Below, one piece after another: positions 16,520-25,674 of a stretch of DNA of 64,000 nt; position 1 is the first letter of the stretch; every line of letters begins with the position of its first letter. The position numbers and the translations under genes are program-made. The stretch lies in IMG/VR virus record IMGVR_UViG_3300042473_001540, positions 186,001 to 250,000 of that record; one strand, given 5' to 3'. The notes beneath the pieces were generated by a model that saw only the letters and a program-made list of their open reading frames with translations, had not been told where the DNA came from and did no database searches.

Positions 16520-17731
16520 ATGAGCAAGTTCAGTTGCCCTGTGGTGCGTGTGGCCGCAGTCGAAGAACATCCGAATGCGGATCGCCTTTCTCTTGTGCGC
16601 CTTGAAGGCCTCGGTTATCTCTGCATCGCAAACAAACTAGAGGATGGTAGCCCGCGCTACAAGCCCGGTGACTGGGTCGTATACATTCCCTCAGCCTCGG
16701 TGCTGCCTGAATGGCTGCTCAAGGACATGGGATTTTGGAACGAAGACGCTGGTAAGGGTGTGCTGGCAGGCAGTGATGGCAACCGTGTGAAGCCACTCAA
16801 GCTGCGTGGTATTTTCAGCGAAGGTGTGCTGTATGGGCTCATTGCATATGGTGATGACGATTGCCTTTCTGCTGATTTTGGGTCGGCGACGGATGTACAT
16901 GTAGTAGGCAAAGACAGTCTTGAATATCCAGTCAAGCTAGGCGAGGATGCTGCTGCAATCTTGGGCATCACCAGGTGGGAGCCGCCCATTCCCGCTGCGA
17001 TGTCTGGTGAAGTTGCCAGTGTTGCTGAGGCTGCTCTTACCTACGATTTTCAGCGTTGGGAGAGCGTGCCTGACATCTTCGAACCTGGTGAGGTGGTGGT
17101 GGCCCAAGAAAAAATTCATGGATCTTGTACCATCATCCAGTACTTCCCAGGCATGGACCATCCCGAGATGTTCCCCGACCATGCAGGCTACCGCAGCATC
17201 ACTGTCAGCAGCAAGGGACTAGGCGGTCAGGGTTTGGTGTTCAAGAACAACGAAGCCAACGCCAACAACCTCTATGTGCGGGCACTTGGCACACTGCTAG
17301 CCGACCATGACCTCGCCGGGCTCCTCCACAGGATGAGCAAGGTGGACGGCGGTGCTCATCCGGTGGCTATCCTGGGAGAAGTTTTCGGCAAGGGCGTGCA
17401 GGACCTCGACTACGGCACCACTAAGCCCACGTTCCGGGTGTTCGACATGCGGATCGGGCGGGAGTGGCTAAGTCCCGATGCCGTGGCCTACTGGGCAAAG
17501 GACCTGCCCTGTGTACCTACCCTCTACACTGGCCCCTTTGACCAAACTGCCATTGAGGCTGTGAGAGACGGTGTCACAACGGTGGGTGGCACCAATGTGC
17601 GGGAAGGTGTGGTGGTGCGCAGCCTGGTTCCCACCGAGCATCCCCTGCACGGTAGGAAAATCTGCAAATTCATCTCTCCGGCGTATCTGCTCCGCCGAGT
17701 GAAGAACGGCGAGGCAACGGAGTTCAACTGA
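16520..17731 (+). CDS. RNA ligase, DRB0094/Rnl2-like family with N-terminal OB-like domain
   Basis: VEEHPNADRL, motif I EKIHGS, GEVFG, FRVFD, REGVVV, KICKFIS; promoter TTGACA-N17-TAATGT at 16460. Confidence 0.88.
   Translation: MSKFSCPVVRVAAVEEHPNADRLSLVRLEGLGYLCIANKLEDGSPRYKPGDWVVYIPSASVLPEWLLKDMGFWNEDAGKGVLAGSDGNRVKPLKLRGIFSEGVLYGLIAYGDDDCLSADFGSATDVHVVGKDSLEYPVKLGEDAAAILGITRWEPPIPAAMSGEVASVAEAALTYDFQRWESVPDIFEPGEVVVAQEKIHGSCTIIQYFPGMDHPEMFPDHAGYRSITVSSKGLGGQGLVFKNNEANANNLYVRALGTLLADHDLAGLLHRMSKVDGGAHPVAILGEVFGKGVQDLDYGTTKPTFRVFDMRIGREWLSPDAVAYWAKDLPCVPTLYTGPFDQTAIEAVRDGVTTVGGTNVREGVVVRSLVPTEHPLHGRKICKFISPAYLLRRVKNGEATEFN
17636..17731 (+). repeat. Copy 1 of the RNA ligase 3'-end direct repeat
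   Basis: Encodes EHPLHGRKICKFISPAYLLRRVKNGEATEFN*. Confidence 0.9.
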
Positions 17732-17813
17732 TGCGCTACGATCTACTGGAGGTCTACTGCTGCCTATGCCCAAGTCCCTAGACATATTGATCCCAGAAAC
17801 AGAAACTTTCTGG

Positions 17814-17841
17814 TTGACAATGTCCGGAACTGTGCTAATAT
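17814..17841 (+). promoter_or_regulatory. Early promoter
   Basis: TTGACA-N16-TAATAT with TGC. Confidence 0.7.
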
Positions 17842-17868
17842 GACGTATAATACATAAAGGACTAACAA

Positions 17869-18141
17869 ATGAGCGATCTCCCCAAGCCTATGTTTGCTAA
17901 CGTTGGCCGCGCGTATGTGGCTGCTGCCGCGTTGGGTCTAGACACTAGCAATCTCAGTCGTGATCGTGCTGATACTGTGCTCCGCGCGCTGGTCAAAATG
18001 CCTGGTTGGCTGGAACAAAACCTGGATGTGTATCAGATGTGGATGGCTGATGTTGACCCCTGGCATTGCTTCATCCGTGACCTGAGCGCGTACACCAAGC
18101 AAGTGCGGGCTCACACGAAAGCTACCACGCGGGCCAAGTGA
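17869..18141 (+). CDS. Hypothetical protein in the cassette between the repeats
   Basis: Own promoter and AAGGA RBS. Confidence 0.75.
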   Translation: MSDLPKPMFANVGRAYVAAAALGLDTSNLSRDRADTVLRALVKMPGWLEQNLDVYQMWMADVDPWHCFIRDLSAYTKQVRAHTKATTRAK

Positions 18142-18235
18142 GTATCGACTGCATAGCAGGAAAATCTGCAAGTTCCTCTCTCCGTCATATCTTCTCCGAC
18201 GGGTGAAGAACGGTGAAACAACAGAGTTCAACTGA
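18140..18235 (+). repeat. Copy 2: orphan, diverged RNA ligase 3' end
   Basis: Encodes EYRLHSRKICKFLSPSYLLRRVKNGETTEFN*; 67/78 nt identical to copy 1 over 18158-18235. Confidence 0.9.
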
Positions 18236-18247
18236 GTCGGGGCCACG

Positions 18248-18526
18248 ATGACCGAAAACTATATTCTCTTGAAATGGGGCACACTCAAGGGCTATCGGGT
18301 AGCTGACAACCCTGTGGCGCAAGGTTTGATTAAACAGTACATGGAGTTGGGTGCCAGCGCCATGCACCAACAGGACACTCCCGAACAAAAACAAATCATA
18401 TGCGAACTGCTGCCTGCTCTGGCGTGCCCGCGCCGTGCCTTCCCCAACCCATACGACCCCACAGGGCTGCTGCACTGGATCGCAACCCAGGAGCCGGTCA
18501 TTCTCGGACGCGACCCCGCTGGCTAG
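18248..18526 (+). pseudogene. Chimeric ORF: phage N-terminus fused in frame to the C-terminus of a high-GC bacterial gene
   Basis: Abrupt change in composition and codon usage near 18410 (...QKQIICEL|LPALACPRR...). Confidence 0.65.
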
Positions 18527-19700
18527 CCGGCTGGCCATTTCAGGATGCCGCCATGTCACGCCGCTTTCTCGTTACCGGAGGTGCCGGCTTCGTCGGCAGC
18601 CATCTCGTCGCCGCCCTGCTGGACCAAGGCGCGGAGGTGGTGGTGTTCGACAACCTGCGCACCGGCCATCGCGAAGCCGTGCTCCCCGGCGCCACGCTGG
18701 TCACCGGCGCGCTGGAGGACCCCGATGCGATCGCGTCCGTGCTGGCGCAGGGGCCGTGGCATGCGGTGTTCCACTTCGCCGCGCTGTCGCTGGTGGGCGA
18801 TTCCATGCGCGACCCGATCGGCTATCTCTCGGCCAATGTCGGCAACGGCCTGCGCCTGTTGGAGGCCTGCGTGAAGCACGGCGTGCCCCGCTTCGTGTTC
18901 TCCTCCACCGCCGCCCTGTTCGGCACGCCAGACCGCATGCCGATCGACGAGGAAACCGCGATCGACCCCGGCTCACCCTACGGCGAAAGCAAATGGATGA
19001 TGGAGCGCGCGCTGGGCTGGGCCGAACGCATCCACGGCATGCGCTCCGCCTGCCTGCGCTACTTCAACGCCGCCGGCGCCGACCCGCAGGGCCGCCTGGG
19101 CGAGGACCACACGCCGGAAACCCATCTGATCCCGTTGGCCATCGACGCCATGCTCGGCCGTCGCGCCGAACTCGCCGTGTTTGGCACCGATTACGACACG
19201 CCGGACGGCACCTGCATCCGCGACTACATCCATGTCACCGACCTCGCCGCCGCCCACCTCGCGGCGCTGGAGCGGCTGGACCACGCCAGCGTCACCTACA
19301 ACCTCGGCACCGCCGCCGGGCATTCGGTGCTGGAGGTGATCCAGAGCGTGGAGCGCGTCAGCCGCCGCCCGGTGCCGCACCGCTTCGCCCCACGCCGCCC
19401 TGGCGACCCCGCCCGCCTTGTTGCCAGCCCGGCGCGGATCATGCGCGAAACCGGCTGGCAGCCGCGCCTCGCAGCACTGGATGACATCGTCGCCACCGCC
19501 CTGGCCTGGCGCGAAGCCCATCCGCGCGGCTACGGCGGATGAGTTACCGCATCCCGGCGCATCGGCCTGTGCGTGTTCTCAGAAGTGCATTTTTCACCTA
19601 CTTATGTCCTCATCCGCCCAGCCGCCGCAGCGAGGACCGCCACGCCATGAGCCAGCCTGCCGCGACCACGGTCGCCAAGAACCTGGGCGCATGACGCTGG
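18410..19700 (+). other. High-GC bacterial DNA segment embedded in phage sequence
   Basis: Third codon positions almost all G/C; gene fragments at both ends; no transposase, integrase or target duplication seen. Confidence 0.85.
18553..19542 (+). CDS. galE: UDP-glucose 4-epimerase
   Basis: GGAGFVG, HFAALSLVG, FSSTAA, YGESK (YxxxK), LRYFNAAGA, DGTCIRDYIHV, RRPGDP. Confidence 0.96.
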   Translation: MSRRFLVTGGAGFVGSHLVAALLDQGAEVVVFDNLRTGHREAVLPGATLVTGALEDPDAIASVLAQGPWHAVFHFAALSLVGDSMRDPIGYLSANVGNGLRLLEACVKHGVPRFVFSSTAALFGTPDRMPIDEETAIDPGSPYGESKWMMERALGWAERIHGMRSACLRYFNAAGADPQGRLGEDHTPETHLIPLAIDAMLGRRAELAVFGTDYDTPDGTCIRDYIHVTDLAAAHLAALERLDHASVTYNLGTAAGHSVLEVIQSVERVSRRPVPHRFAPRRPGDPARLVASPARIMRETGWQPRLAALDDIVATALAWREAHPRGYGG

Positions 19701-19763
19701 AAGTCCTGCATGGAGTTTCCCAACCAAGAAACTTATCTGCAATGTTTGCTCACATGGAGTTGA
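19695..19763 (+). pseudogene. 3' remnant of an LTW-family gene cut by the galE segment
   Basis: WKSCMEFPNQETYLQCLLTWS* with an in-frame stop just upstream. Confidence 0.7.
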
Positions 19764-19832
19764 CGGCATCTGTGAGTCTGTTGCGTGTGATACAATGTAC
19801 CAACACCCTCTCTATGGACGGAGATAAAAAGG

Positions 19833-19860
19833 TTGACACAGTCTGTCTGTGCTGTATATT
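19833..19860 (+). promoter_or_regulatory. Early promoter
   Basis: TTGACA-N16-TATATT. Confidence 0.7.
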
Positions 19861-19884
19861 GAAGCTACACAAGGAGAACAACAA

Positions 19885-20367
19885 ATGGAAGCCACGCCTG
19901 ATCTAGCTGTCTACGTGCTGGCCCGAACTGATCTGCCCAGTATGAACCCAGGAAAGCTGGCTGCACAAGTACATCATGCTGGAACCCAGATGATGAGCCT
20001 ATTTGCAGATCATCCACTAGTTCAACAGTATGTTGCCGACGGTGTCTCACAAGGTGCCTACTACTTCAACACCACAATTGTGCTGGGTGCCACAATGGAC
20101 CAGCTTCATGGTCTGAGATGCACTTATGGTTGGGAATACCACCTCACTGTCAAGGGGTCAGTCGTCGACCCCAGCTACCCATTTTTTGTGGAAAATCAAG
20201 AGGTAGCTGATCTTGTTGCAGCTAATGGCAAGGCAGCTGTCATCAAAACCATGGATGATGGGCGTGTGCTGATGACTCGCCAAGAGACCACTTGCATTTG
20301 GTGCCTTGTGGATCGCAACAAGCCCGAAGTTTCAGACATTCTAGGCCATCTCAAACTCTATCCCTAA
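19885..20367 (+). CDS. Peptidyl-tRNA hydrolase type 2 (PTH2)-like protein
   Basis: VYVLARTDLPSMNPGKLAAQVHHA; C-terminal LKLYP. Confidence 0.7.
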   Translation: MEATPDLAVYVLARTDLPSMNPGKLAAQVHHAGTQMMSLFADHPLVQQYVADGVSQGAYYFNTTIVLGATMDQLHGLRCTYGWEYHLTVKGSVVDPSYPFFVENQEVADLVAANGKAAVIKTMDDGRVLMTRQETTCIWCLVDRNKPEVSDILGHLKLYP

Positions 20368-20385
20368 CAACAAAGGACACTGCCT

Positions 20386-20514
20386 GTGCTATTGCTGATT
20401 GAACTCATCGGTGCTCTGGTGCTCATTGGCGTATGTGCCTATGGTGCCAGCAAACTGATCGAAAGTTTCTACGATCGCAACCGAACCCCTCCCGACCGCA
20501 AGGACCCCAACTGA
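20386..20514 (+). CDS. Small single-pass membrane protein (not in the ORF track)
   Basis: GTG start after AAGGA; MLLLIELIGALVLIGVCAYGASKLIESF... Confidence 0.6.
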   Translation: MLLLIELIGALVLIGVCAYGASKLIESFYDRNRTPPDRKDPN

Positions 20515-20515
20515 T

Positions 20516-21436
20516 ATGTGGAATCAACCTCCGCGTGACTCCAATCCTCGAATCAACCCTCTACAGGAGACTCCCCGAGTGAACGCTCGATTCATCGCTA
20601 CCATGGTAGGTGGCGCAATGGCTGCTCTGCTGGCACTCACAGTGATCCTCGGCAGCTGGTACACAGTTGATGAGCGTCAGCGCGGTGTGCTGCTCCGCAA
20701 CGGCAAGCTGGTGAGCGTGGTGCAGCCAGGGCTGGGATTCAAAATCCCCTTCATCGACAATGTGGTGCTCATGAGCACCGAGACCGTCCTGCTGCGACTG
20801 GACAAGGAAGCGGTCTACAGCCGAGACCAGCAACCTGCAACTATCACCTTCTCGGTGAGCTGGCGTGTGAGCGAAGACAATGTGGACGATGTCTACAAGG
20901 AGTTTGGCGGGCTCCGAGGAGTTCAAGACCGTGTGATCCTGCCGGGTGTGCGTGACGAGCTCAAGAACGTAATGGGTCGCTACAACGCAGTCACAGCGAT
21001 TCAGGATCGCACCCGACTGGGCACAGATGTCAAGGCGGCCATTGTGGCCAACATCAAAGGGCCGTTTGTGATCGAGAATCTGGCTATTGAAAACATTGAT
21101 TTCAGTGACGCTTACGAAAAATCCATCGAACAGCGAATGCTCGCGGAGGTGGCTGTTGAAAGAGATCGACAGGATGCGATCCGAGAGAAGGTGCAGGCTG
21201 AAATTGTTGTAACCAAAGCGCAGGCCGAAGCTGATGCAGTCAAGGCACGAGCTGGAGCTGAAGCTGAAGCTATCCAACTGCGCGGCGAAGCTGAAGCCAA
21301 GGCCATCCGGGCCCGAGGCGATGCACTTCGCGCGAACGCAGAGCTAGTCACACTTACGGCTGCAGAGCGATGGGACGGTAAGCTCCCTACCACTATGGTC
21401 CCAGGTGCAGCACTGCCCTTTGTGCATGTGAAGTAA
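20516..21436 (+). CDS. SPFH/Band 7/prohibitin family membrane protein
   Basis: TM helix, SWYTVDERQRGVLLRNGK, GLGFKIPF, AEAEA coiled coil. Confidence 0.92.
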   Translation: MWNQPPRDSNPRINPLQETPRVNARFIATMVGGAMAALLALTVILGSWYTVDERQRGVLLRNGKLVSVVQPGLGFKIPFIDNVVLMSTETVLLRLDKEAVYSRDQQPATITFSVSWRVSEDNVDDVYKEFGGLRGVQDRVILPGVRDELKNVMGRYNAVTAIQDRTRLGTDVKAAIVANIKGPFVIENLAIENIDFSDAYEKSIEQRMLAEVAVERDRQDAIREKVQAEIVVTKAQAEADAVKARAGAEAEAIQLRGEAEAKAIRARGDALRANAELVTLTAAERWDGKLPTTMVPGAALPFVHVK

Positions 21437-21442
21437 TCAAAC

Positions 21443-21500
21443 AGAAAGGTGGGTGAAAGCTCACCTTTCTCCTTGACAAAAGTGTCAAACCCGCTAAATT
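21443..21500 (+). terminator. Terminator hairpin abutting an early promoter
   Basis: AGAAAGGTG-ggt-GAAA-gct-CACCTTTCT then TTGACA-N16-TAAATT. Confidence 0.8.
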
Positions 21501-21534
21501 ACAGATGTTGATAAACCAAGTGAGCTATCCACAC

Positions 21535-21690
21535 ATGACCGAAGATCAGATTGAGCGTACCGTGGAACGTGCAACAGATCGCCTGGACGAGCGTTATATG
21601 CGAGGGGAGATCAGCCGGGCACGCTATGCTGATGAAGCTGACAAGCTGAGTACATGGGCTGAACGCGAGTATCGCAGGGCGCGTCGGTGA
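21535..21690 (+). CDS. Small hypothetical protein
   Basis: MTEDQIERTVERATDRLD...; start uncertain. Confidence 0.6.
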   Translation: MTEDQIERTVERATDRLDERYMRGEISRARYADEADKLSTWAEREYRRARR

Positions 21691-22028
21691 AATTGGGACA
21701 ACACCTACACCAACGCCAAATGCTGTTGGATCAAGAGCTGTTGAGAACCACGTTGTTGGCAGTGCAACGTGAGCGAGAACGTGTGCATGACCAGCACTAT
21801 GATCTGGAACGCTTTAAAAGCCAGATCATCAGTTGTGTTTTGGAAAATCGGCCCATGCTCATGTTTACTCCTGGAAATAACTGGACTGACCCTCAAAATC
21901 CTGAACACCCTCCACGTTTTGTGTGCCATCGAGACCACAAGTTATGGCAAGAGTTCCTAGTTTGGTTGGAAAGTGAACACATGGAAATCCAATACCATGG
22001 ATGGAATTTCACTGTGATAGCCAAGTGA
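21687..22028 (+). CDS. Hypothetical protein
   Basis: GTGA overlap. Confidence 0.65.
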   Translation: MKLGQHLHQRQMLLDQELLRTTLLAVQRERERVHDQHYDLERFKSQIISCVLENRPMLMFTPGNNWTDPQNPEHPPRFVCHRDHKLWQEFLVWLESEHMEIQYHGWNFTVIAK

Positions 22029-22309
22029 CAGAAGACAGAGTCTTCCACAATGCGCTGCTTTTGTTTCCCAAAGATCTTTTCTGCTGCTCTGTTACACTTG
22101 GCGAGGAATACTACCGCCAACAATACGAAATCTTGGATTGGCTACGCCAACAAGGACCTGGTGACACTGGAATTGGTGATCCACCACAAGGTGAGTGCGT
22201 TTGGGCATATACACAGCTTTTTGGATACCAGTATATCGCTTTCCCCACTAGGGAACTGGTGACGCATTTTCAGCTGGTTTGGCAAAACAACACAGGACAT
22301 AGTGGTTGA
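22025..22309 (+). CDS. LTW-family protein
   Basis: YIAFPTRELVTHFQLVWQ. Confidence 0.7.
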   Translation: MTEDRVFHNALLLFPKDLFCCSVTLGEEYYRQQYEILDWLRQQGPGDTGIGDPPQGECVWAYTQLFGYQYIAFPTRELVTHFQLVWQNNTGHSG

Positions 22310-22358
22310 CACGGATGTGCAGACTCTGTATGTTGTGGGTGTTGCAAAGGAGACGGAT

Positions 22359-23084
22359 ATGCGAATTGATGTGCCCAGCATCGTAAATGATCCCCAGATG
22401 AGAACCTTGCCCTATTGGCTGGAGGTATATCCCAATCAGGATCAAGCTCGCCGGGCTCGAGCACTGGCTCGCAAGGCGTATGATCGCACACGGCTAGCTG
22501 AGGTGCAGCGTTGGCGCTGCTGCTGGTGTCACTGCGAGATGCGTGGCGAACAAGGCTTCAAGAACAGTGCCACCATTGAGCACATCACTCCTCGCAGTTG
22601 TGGTGGCACTGACCACATCACCAACTTGGCTGTGGCGTGTGGCCGATGCAACAACCGTCGAGGCAACACGCCCTGGGAAGATTTCCTGCAGGCTATGGAA
22701 ATGAGTCGGCCCGCGCCTGAGACTGGCAGCTTTCGCTCACTGGCTTTTGAACGTAAGATGCGCCGAGAGGCTGCTGAGCAGAACAAGCGCATCAAGCAGT
22801 TGACTCATTTGGTGCGCAACCACGAGGTGCAAGCCACTGCTACTCAAACGCGACGCGAACAGTGCAAGTCACTGGAAGCCCAATACTCAGACATGCTGCC
22901 AGGATTGCAGCTGGCTGGTTTCCAACGAGCCAAGAGGATGCGTCGCGAAGTTGACCGTCAACTGGCACTGCAAGCCCTCTCACAAAAGGTCAGCAACCCT
23001 TTTGAAGTGGACAGTCGGCCCTGGCGCATCTACGAGCGTATGCGTAACAAGCAGAGTGTTGACACACTGCAAGCAGCCGCTTAA
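22359..23084 (+). CDS. HNH endonuclease
   Basis: CCWC...ATIEHITPRSCGGTDHITNLAVACGRCNNRRG; promoter at 22306. Confidence 0.85.
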   Translation: MRIDVPSIVNDPQMRTLPYWLEVYPNQDQARRARALARKAYDRTRLAEVQRWRCCWCHCEMRGEQGFKNSATIEHITPRSCGGTDHITNLAVACGRCNNRRGNTPWEDFLQAMEMSRPAPETGSFRSLAFERKMRREAAEQNKRIKQLTHLVRNHEVQATATQTRREQCKSLEAQYSDMLPGLQLAGFQRAKRMRREVDRQLALQALSQKVSNPFEVDSRPWRIYERMRNKQSVDTLQAAA

Positions 23085-23092
23085 ATAAGGTT

Positions 23093-23386
23093 ATGAAAAG
23101 GTTCCTTGTTGCATTCATGTTGCTGTCCTCCAGTCCCTGTTGGGCGCAAGGATACCACTACCGCCCCTATGGCTATACTCCTGCGCCTCACTACCGCCAC
23201 CATCACCATAACCACGGTGGCGGAAACTGGGTAGCCCCTCTTGTAGGGGGCATTGTTGGCGGTGCAGTGTTGGGCGCTATCATTGCACCAAACATCTATG
23301 CTCCTGCACCAGAGCCCATTTGCACTGATAGGCTAGTGGGATATGATGTTTATGGTCGTGCCGTTGTGGAACGTTTTTGTAGGTAA
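23093..23386 (+). CDS. Small secreted protein with His/Tyr/Pro-rich segment and glycine zipper
   Basis: Signal peptide MKRFLVAFMLLSSSPCWA; GGIVGGAVLGAII; TAAATA at 23082. Confidence 0.75.
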   Translation: MKRFLVAFMLLSSSPCWAQGYHYRPYGYTPAPHYRHHHHNHGGGNWVAPLVGGIVGGAVLGAIIAPNIYAPAPEPICTDRLVGYDVYGRAVVERFCR

Positions 23387-23430
23387 AGTGTGCCTGCAGC
23401 CAGCACATCAATCATCCGAAAACAAACCAG

Positions 23431-23458
23431 TTGACAACCTTGCAAAACCTGCTATAAC
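23431..23458 (+). promoter_or_regulatory. Early promoter
   Basis: TTGACA-N16-TATAAC with TGC. Confidence 0.7.
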
Positions 23459-23485
23459 TCACGCAACGCAACAGAGGATACAGCA

Positions 23486-24388
23486 ATGAGTCACTTCACC
23501 GTTATGGTTATTGGGCCTGACCATGAAGCCCAGCTTGCTCCCTACCACGAGTTTGAATGCACTGGTGTGGCAGACCAGTATGTGGTGGATGTGGACGTCA
23601 CTGACAAGTTCCTTGCCGATATGAAAGATGCGGAGGAACATGCAGAGGAAGACCAATCTGCCCTTGACTATGCGCTGGAATATTACGGTTTTGAAGACCA
23701 GGTAGTTGAAGATGAGAGCGAAGTTGATCGAGAGGGTGAGCACAAGTTTGGATTTGTGGTGGTCCGGGACGGTGAGCTCGTCCGGGCTGTGAAGCGCACC
23801 AACCCCAACAAGCAGTGGGACTGGTACGAGGTTGGTGGGCGATGGACTGGCACGCTCAAGCTCAAGCCTGGTGCAAAGGGTGTGCAAGGCCGCCCTGGAC
23901 TGGGAACCCAAGGAGCAAAACAAGGGTATGCTGACCAGGCGAGGATGGGAGACATCGACTGGGCAGGCATGCGTGACGAGGCAGGCGAGAAGGCCGGAGT
24001 CTATTGGGATCGGGTGCGGGCACTTGCTCCAAATGTTTGGGAAAGCTGGGACAGTGTGATTTCACGCTTCCCCAGGGACACTGACGGTGCTCGAAATTTC
24101 TATCATAACCAAACGGGCAGGCAGGCCCTGCACCAAGCCAAAGACTTGTTTTGGTGTGAGGACTCGGTGCTGGTCGGCCGTGAAGAGTATGTGCAAACTG
24201 CTCGAGACAGTGCTGGCATGACCTTTGCATTTGTCAAGGACGGTGCGTGGATGGAGCGCGGCAGCATGGGCTGGTGGGGCATGAGCACAGACGACATGCC
24301 CAAGAGTGAGTGGTATGCTCGGATGAATGAGATGATCAACGGACTGCCCGAGGACACACTGATCACCATTGTTGACTGCCACATCTAG
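23486..24388 (+). CDS. Conserved phage hypothetical protein
   Basis: MSHFTVMV...NPNKQWDWYEVGGRW...MGWWG...TIVDCHI pattern. Confidence 0.8.
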   Translation: MSHFTVMVIGPDHEAQLAPYHEFECTGVADQYVVDVDVTDKFLADMKDAEEHAEEDQSALDYALEYYGFEDQVVEDESEVDREGEHKFGFVVVRDGELVRAVKRTNPNKQWDWYEVGGRWTGTLKLKPGAKGVQGRPGLGTQGAKQGYADQARMGDIDWAGMRDEAGEKAGVYWDRVRALAPNVWESWDSVISRFPRDTDGARNFYHNQTGRQALHQAKDLFWCEDSVLVGREEYVQTARDSAGMTFAFVKDGAWMERGSMGWWGMSTDDMPKSEWYARMNEMINGLPEDTLITIVDCHI

Positions 24389-24400
24389 CCAAAAAACGGG

Positions 24401-24428
24401 TTGACAGCCCTGAAAATCGTGCTATACT
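24401..24428 (+). promoter_or_regulatory. Early promoter
   Basis: TTGACA-N16-TATACT with TGC. Confidence 0.8.
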
Positions 24429-24456
24429 GCCCACAGTAGCTGGAAAGGCGCTGAAC

Positions 24457-25674
24457 ATGCACTACACGTTTCCCGAGATCACGCACCTGGATCAAGTGCT
24501 GGAAGCTGTCCAGGGTGTGGAAGGCTTCATTGTAGCCCAGCGGCCCTGGGGCACTGTGGTCAACTACATTCAGATGGGCCCGGACATGTTCCCCGAGGTC
24601 CATACTGCTGGAGGCAGCGCCAGCATGCGCGAGCGGCAGACTCGACTCAAGGCTATCCGCCGGGAGTGTAGGGGGCTGCTGTTCAGCCTTGATGGAAAGT
24701 TGGTGAGCCGCGCATTTCAGAAGTTTTGGAACGTGGGCGAACGGCGCGAGACTTTGATTGAAAACATCGATCTCACTCAGCCACACATCATCCTTGAGAA
24801 GTTGGATGGAAGTATGATTCGTGCTCTACCTCTAGGTAAGGGCTACTGTCTTGCAACCAAGATGGGGCCCACTGCTGTAGCAGCACAGGTTGAGCCGTTC
24901 GTGGCAACTCGAGACAACTATGACCGATTTATCCGAGACACACTGGAGCAGGGATACACTGCCTGTTTCGAGTGGTGTACTCGTCAACAAAAGATTGTGT
25001 GTGATTATCCAGTTGATCGACTGGTGCTGACTGCTGTGCGTCACATCAACTCGGGTGAGTATCTCACCTACTCTCAGATGCAGGAACTGGCGGCCGAGTA
25101 TGAGCTGGATCTAGTCAAGGCCTATCCTGGTACTGTGGCTAGCATGGAGCAGCTCGTTCGGGAGACGCATGAGCTGGAAGGCGAGGAGGGGTGGATCATC
25201 CGGTGGGATGATGGACATATGGCCAAGTTGAAATCGGCCTGGTATGTGCGTATCCACCGTGCCAAGGATGCTCTCACGCAGGAGAAGAACCTCATCGACC
25301 TCATGCTGGCGGAAAAGCTGGACGACGTCAAGAGCTTTCTGCCTGTGGAGGACCTGGCTCGCATCGACGCCTACGAGAACGCCTTCTGGACGGGTGTGGG
25401 GCAAACTGCCTACATATGGAAGGACCAGTATGTCAAGCTCCGGCGGCAGTTTGGTGACGATAGAAAGCGGTTTGCACTGGAGGCAGCACCGGGTCTTGAG
25501 CCCAACCTGCGTAGTGCTGTGTTCAAGGTCTGGGCCCGTGAGGGCCACGTGGACTGGCGTGAGCTGGTGTGCGATGTGATCCGCAAATGCACTGGCACGC
25601 AGACCCGGGTGGACGAGGCACGCTCACTGTTCCGTGCGCCGCGGTGGAGCCAGCAAAGTGTGGGAGACGAATGA
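24457..25674 (+). CDS. T4 Rnl1/RnlA-like RNA ligase
   Basis: ECRGLLF, RAFQKFWN, motif I EKLDGS, FEWC, EGWII, KLKSAWY. Confidence 0.9.
   Translation: MHYTFPEITHLDQVLEAVQGVEGFIVAQRPWGTVVNYIQMGPDMFPEVHTAGGSASMRERQTRLKAIRRECRGLLFSLDGKLVSRAFQKFWNVGERRETLIENIDLTQPHIILEKLDGSMIRALPLGKGYCLATKMGPTAVAAQVEPFVATRDNYDRFIRDTLEQGYTACFEWCTRQQKIVCDYPVDRLVLTAVRHINSGEYLTYSQMQELAAEYELDLVKAYPGTVASMEQLVRETHELEGEEGWIIRWDDGHMAKLKSAWYVRIHRAKDALTQEKNLIDLMLAEKLDDVKSFLPVEDLARIDAYENAFWTGVGQTAYIWKDQYVKLRRQFGDDRKRFALEAAPGLEPNLRSAVFKVWAREGHVDWRELVCDVIRKCTGTQTRVDEARSLFRAPRWSQQSVGDE

Noticed and set aside
18351-19521. Long alternative-frame ORFs (18351..19484 plus; 18973..19521 minus)
   Set aside because: Arg/Pro/Ala-rich shadow frames of the high-GC galE gene.
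18400-19710. Transposon or integrative element carrying galE
   Set aside because: No transposase, integrase, terminal inverted repeats or target-site duplication is visible.
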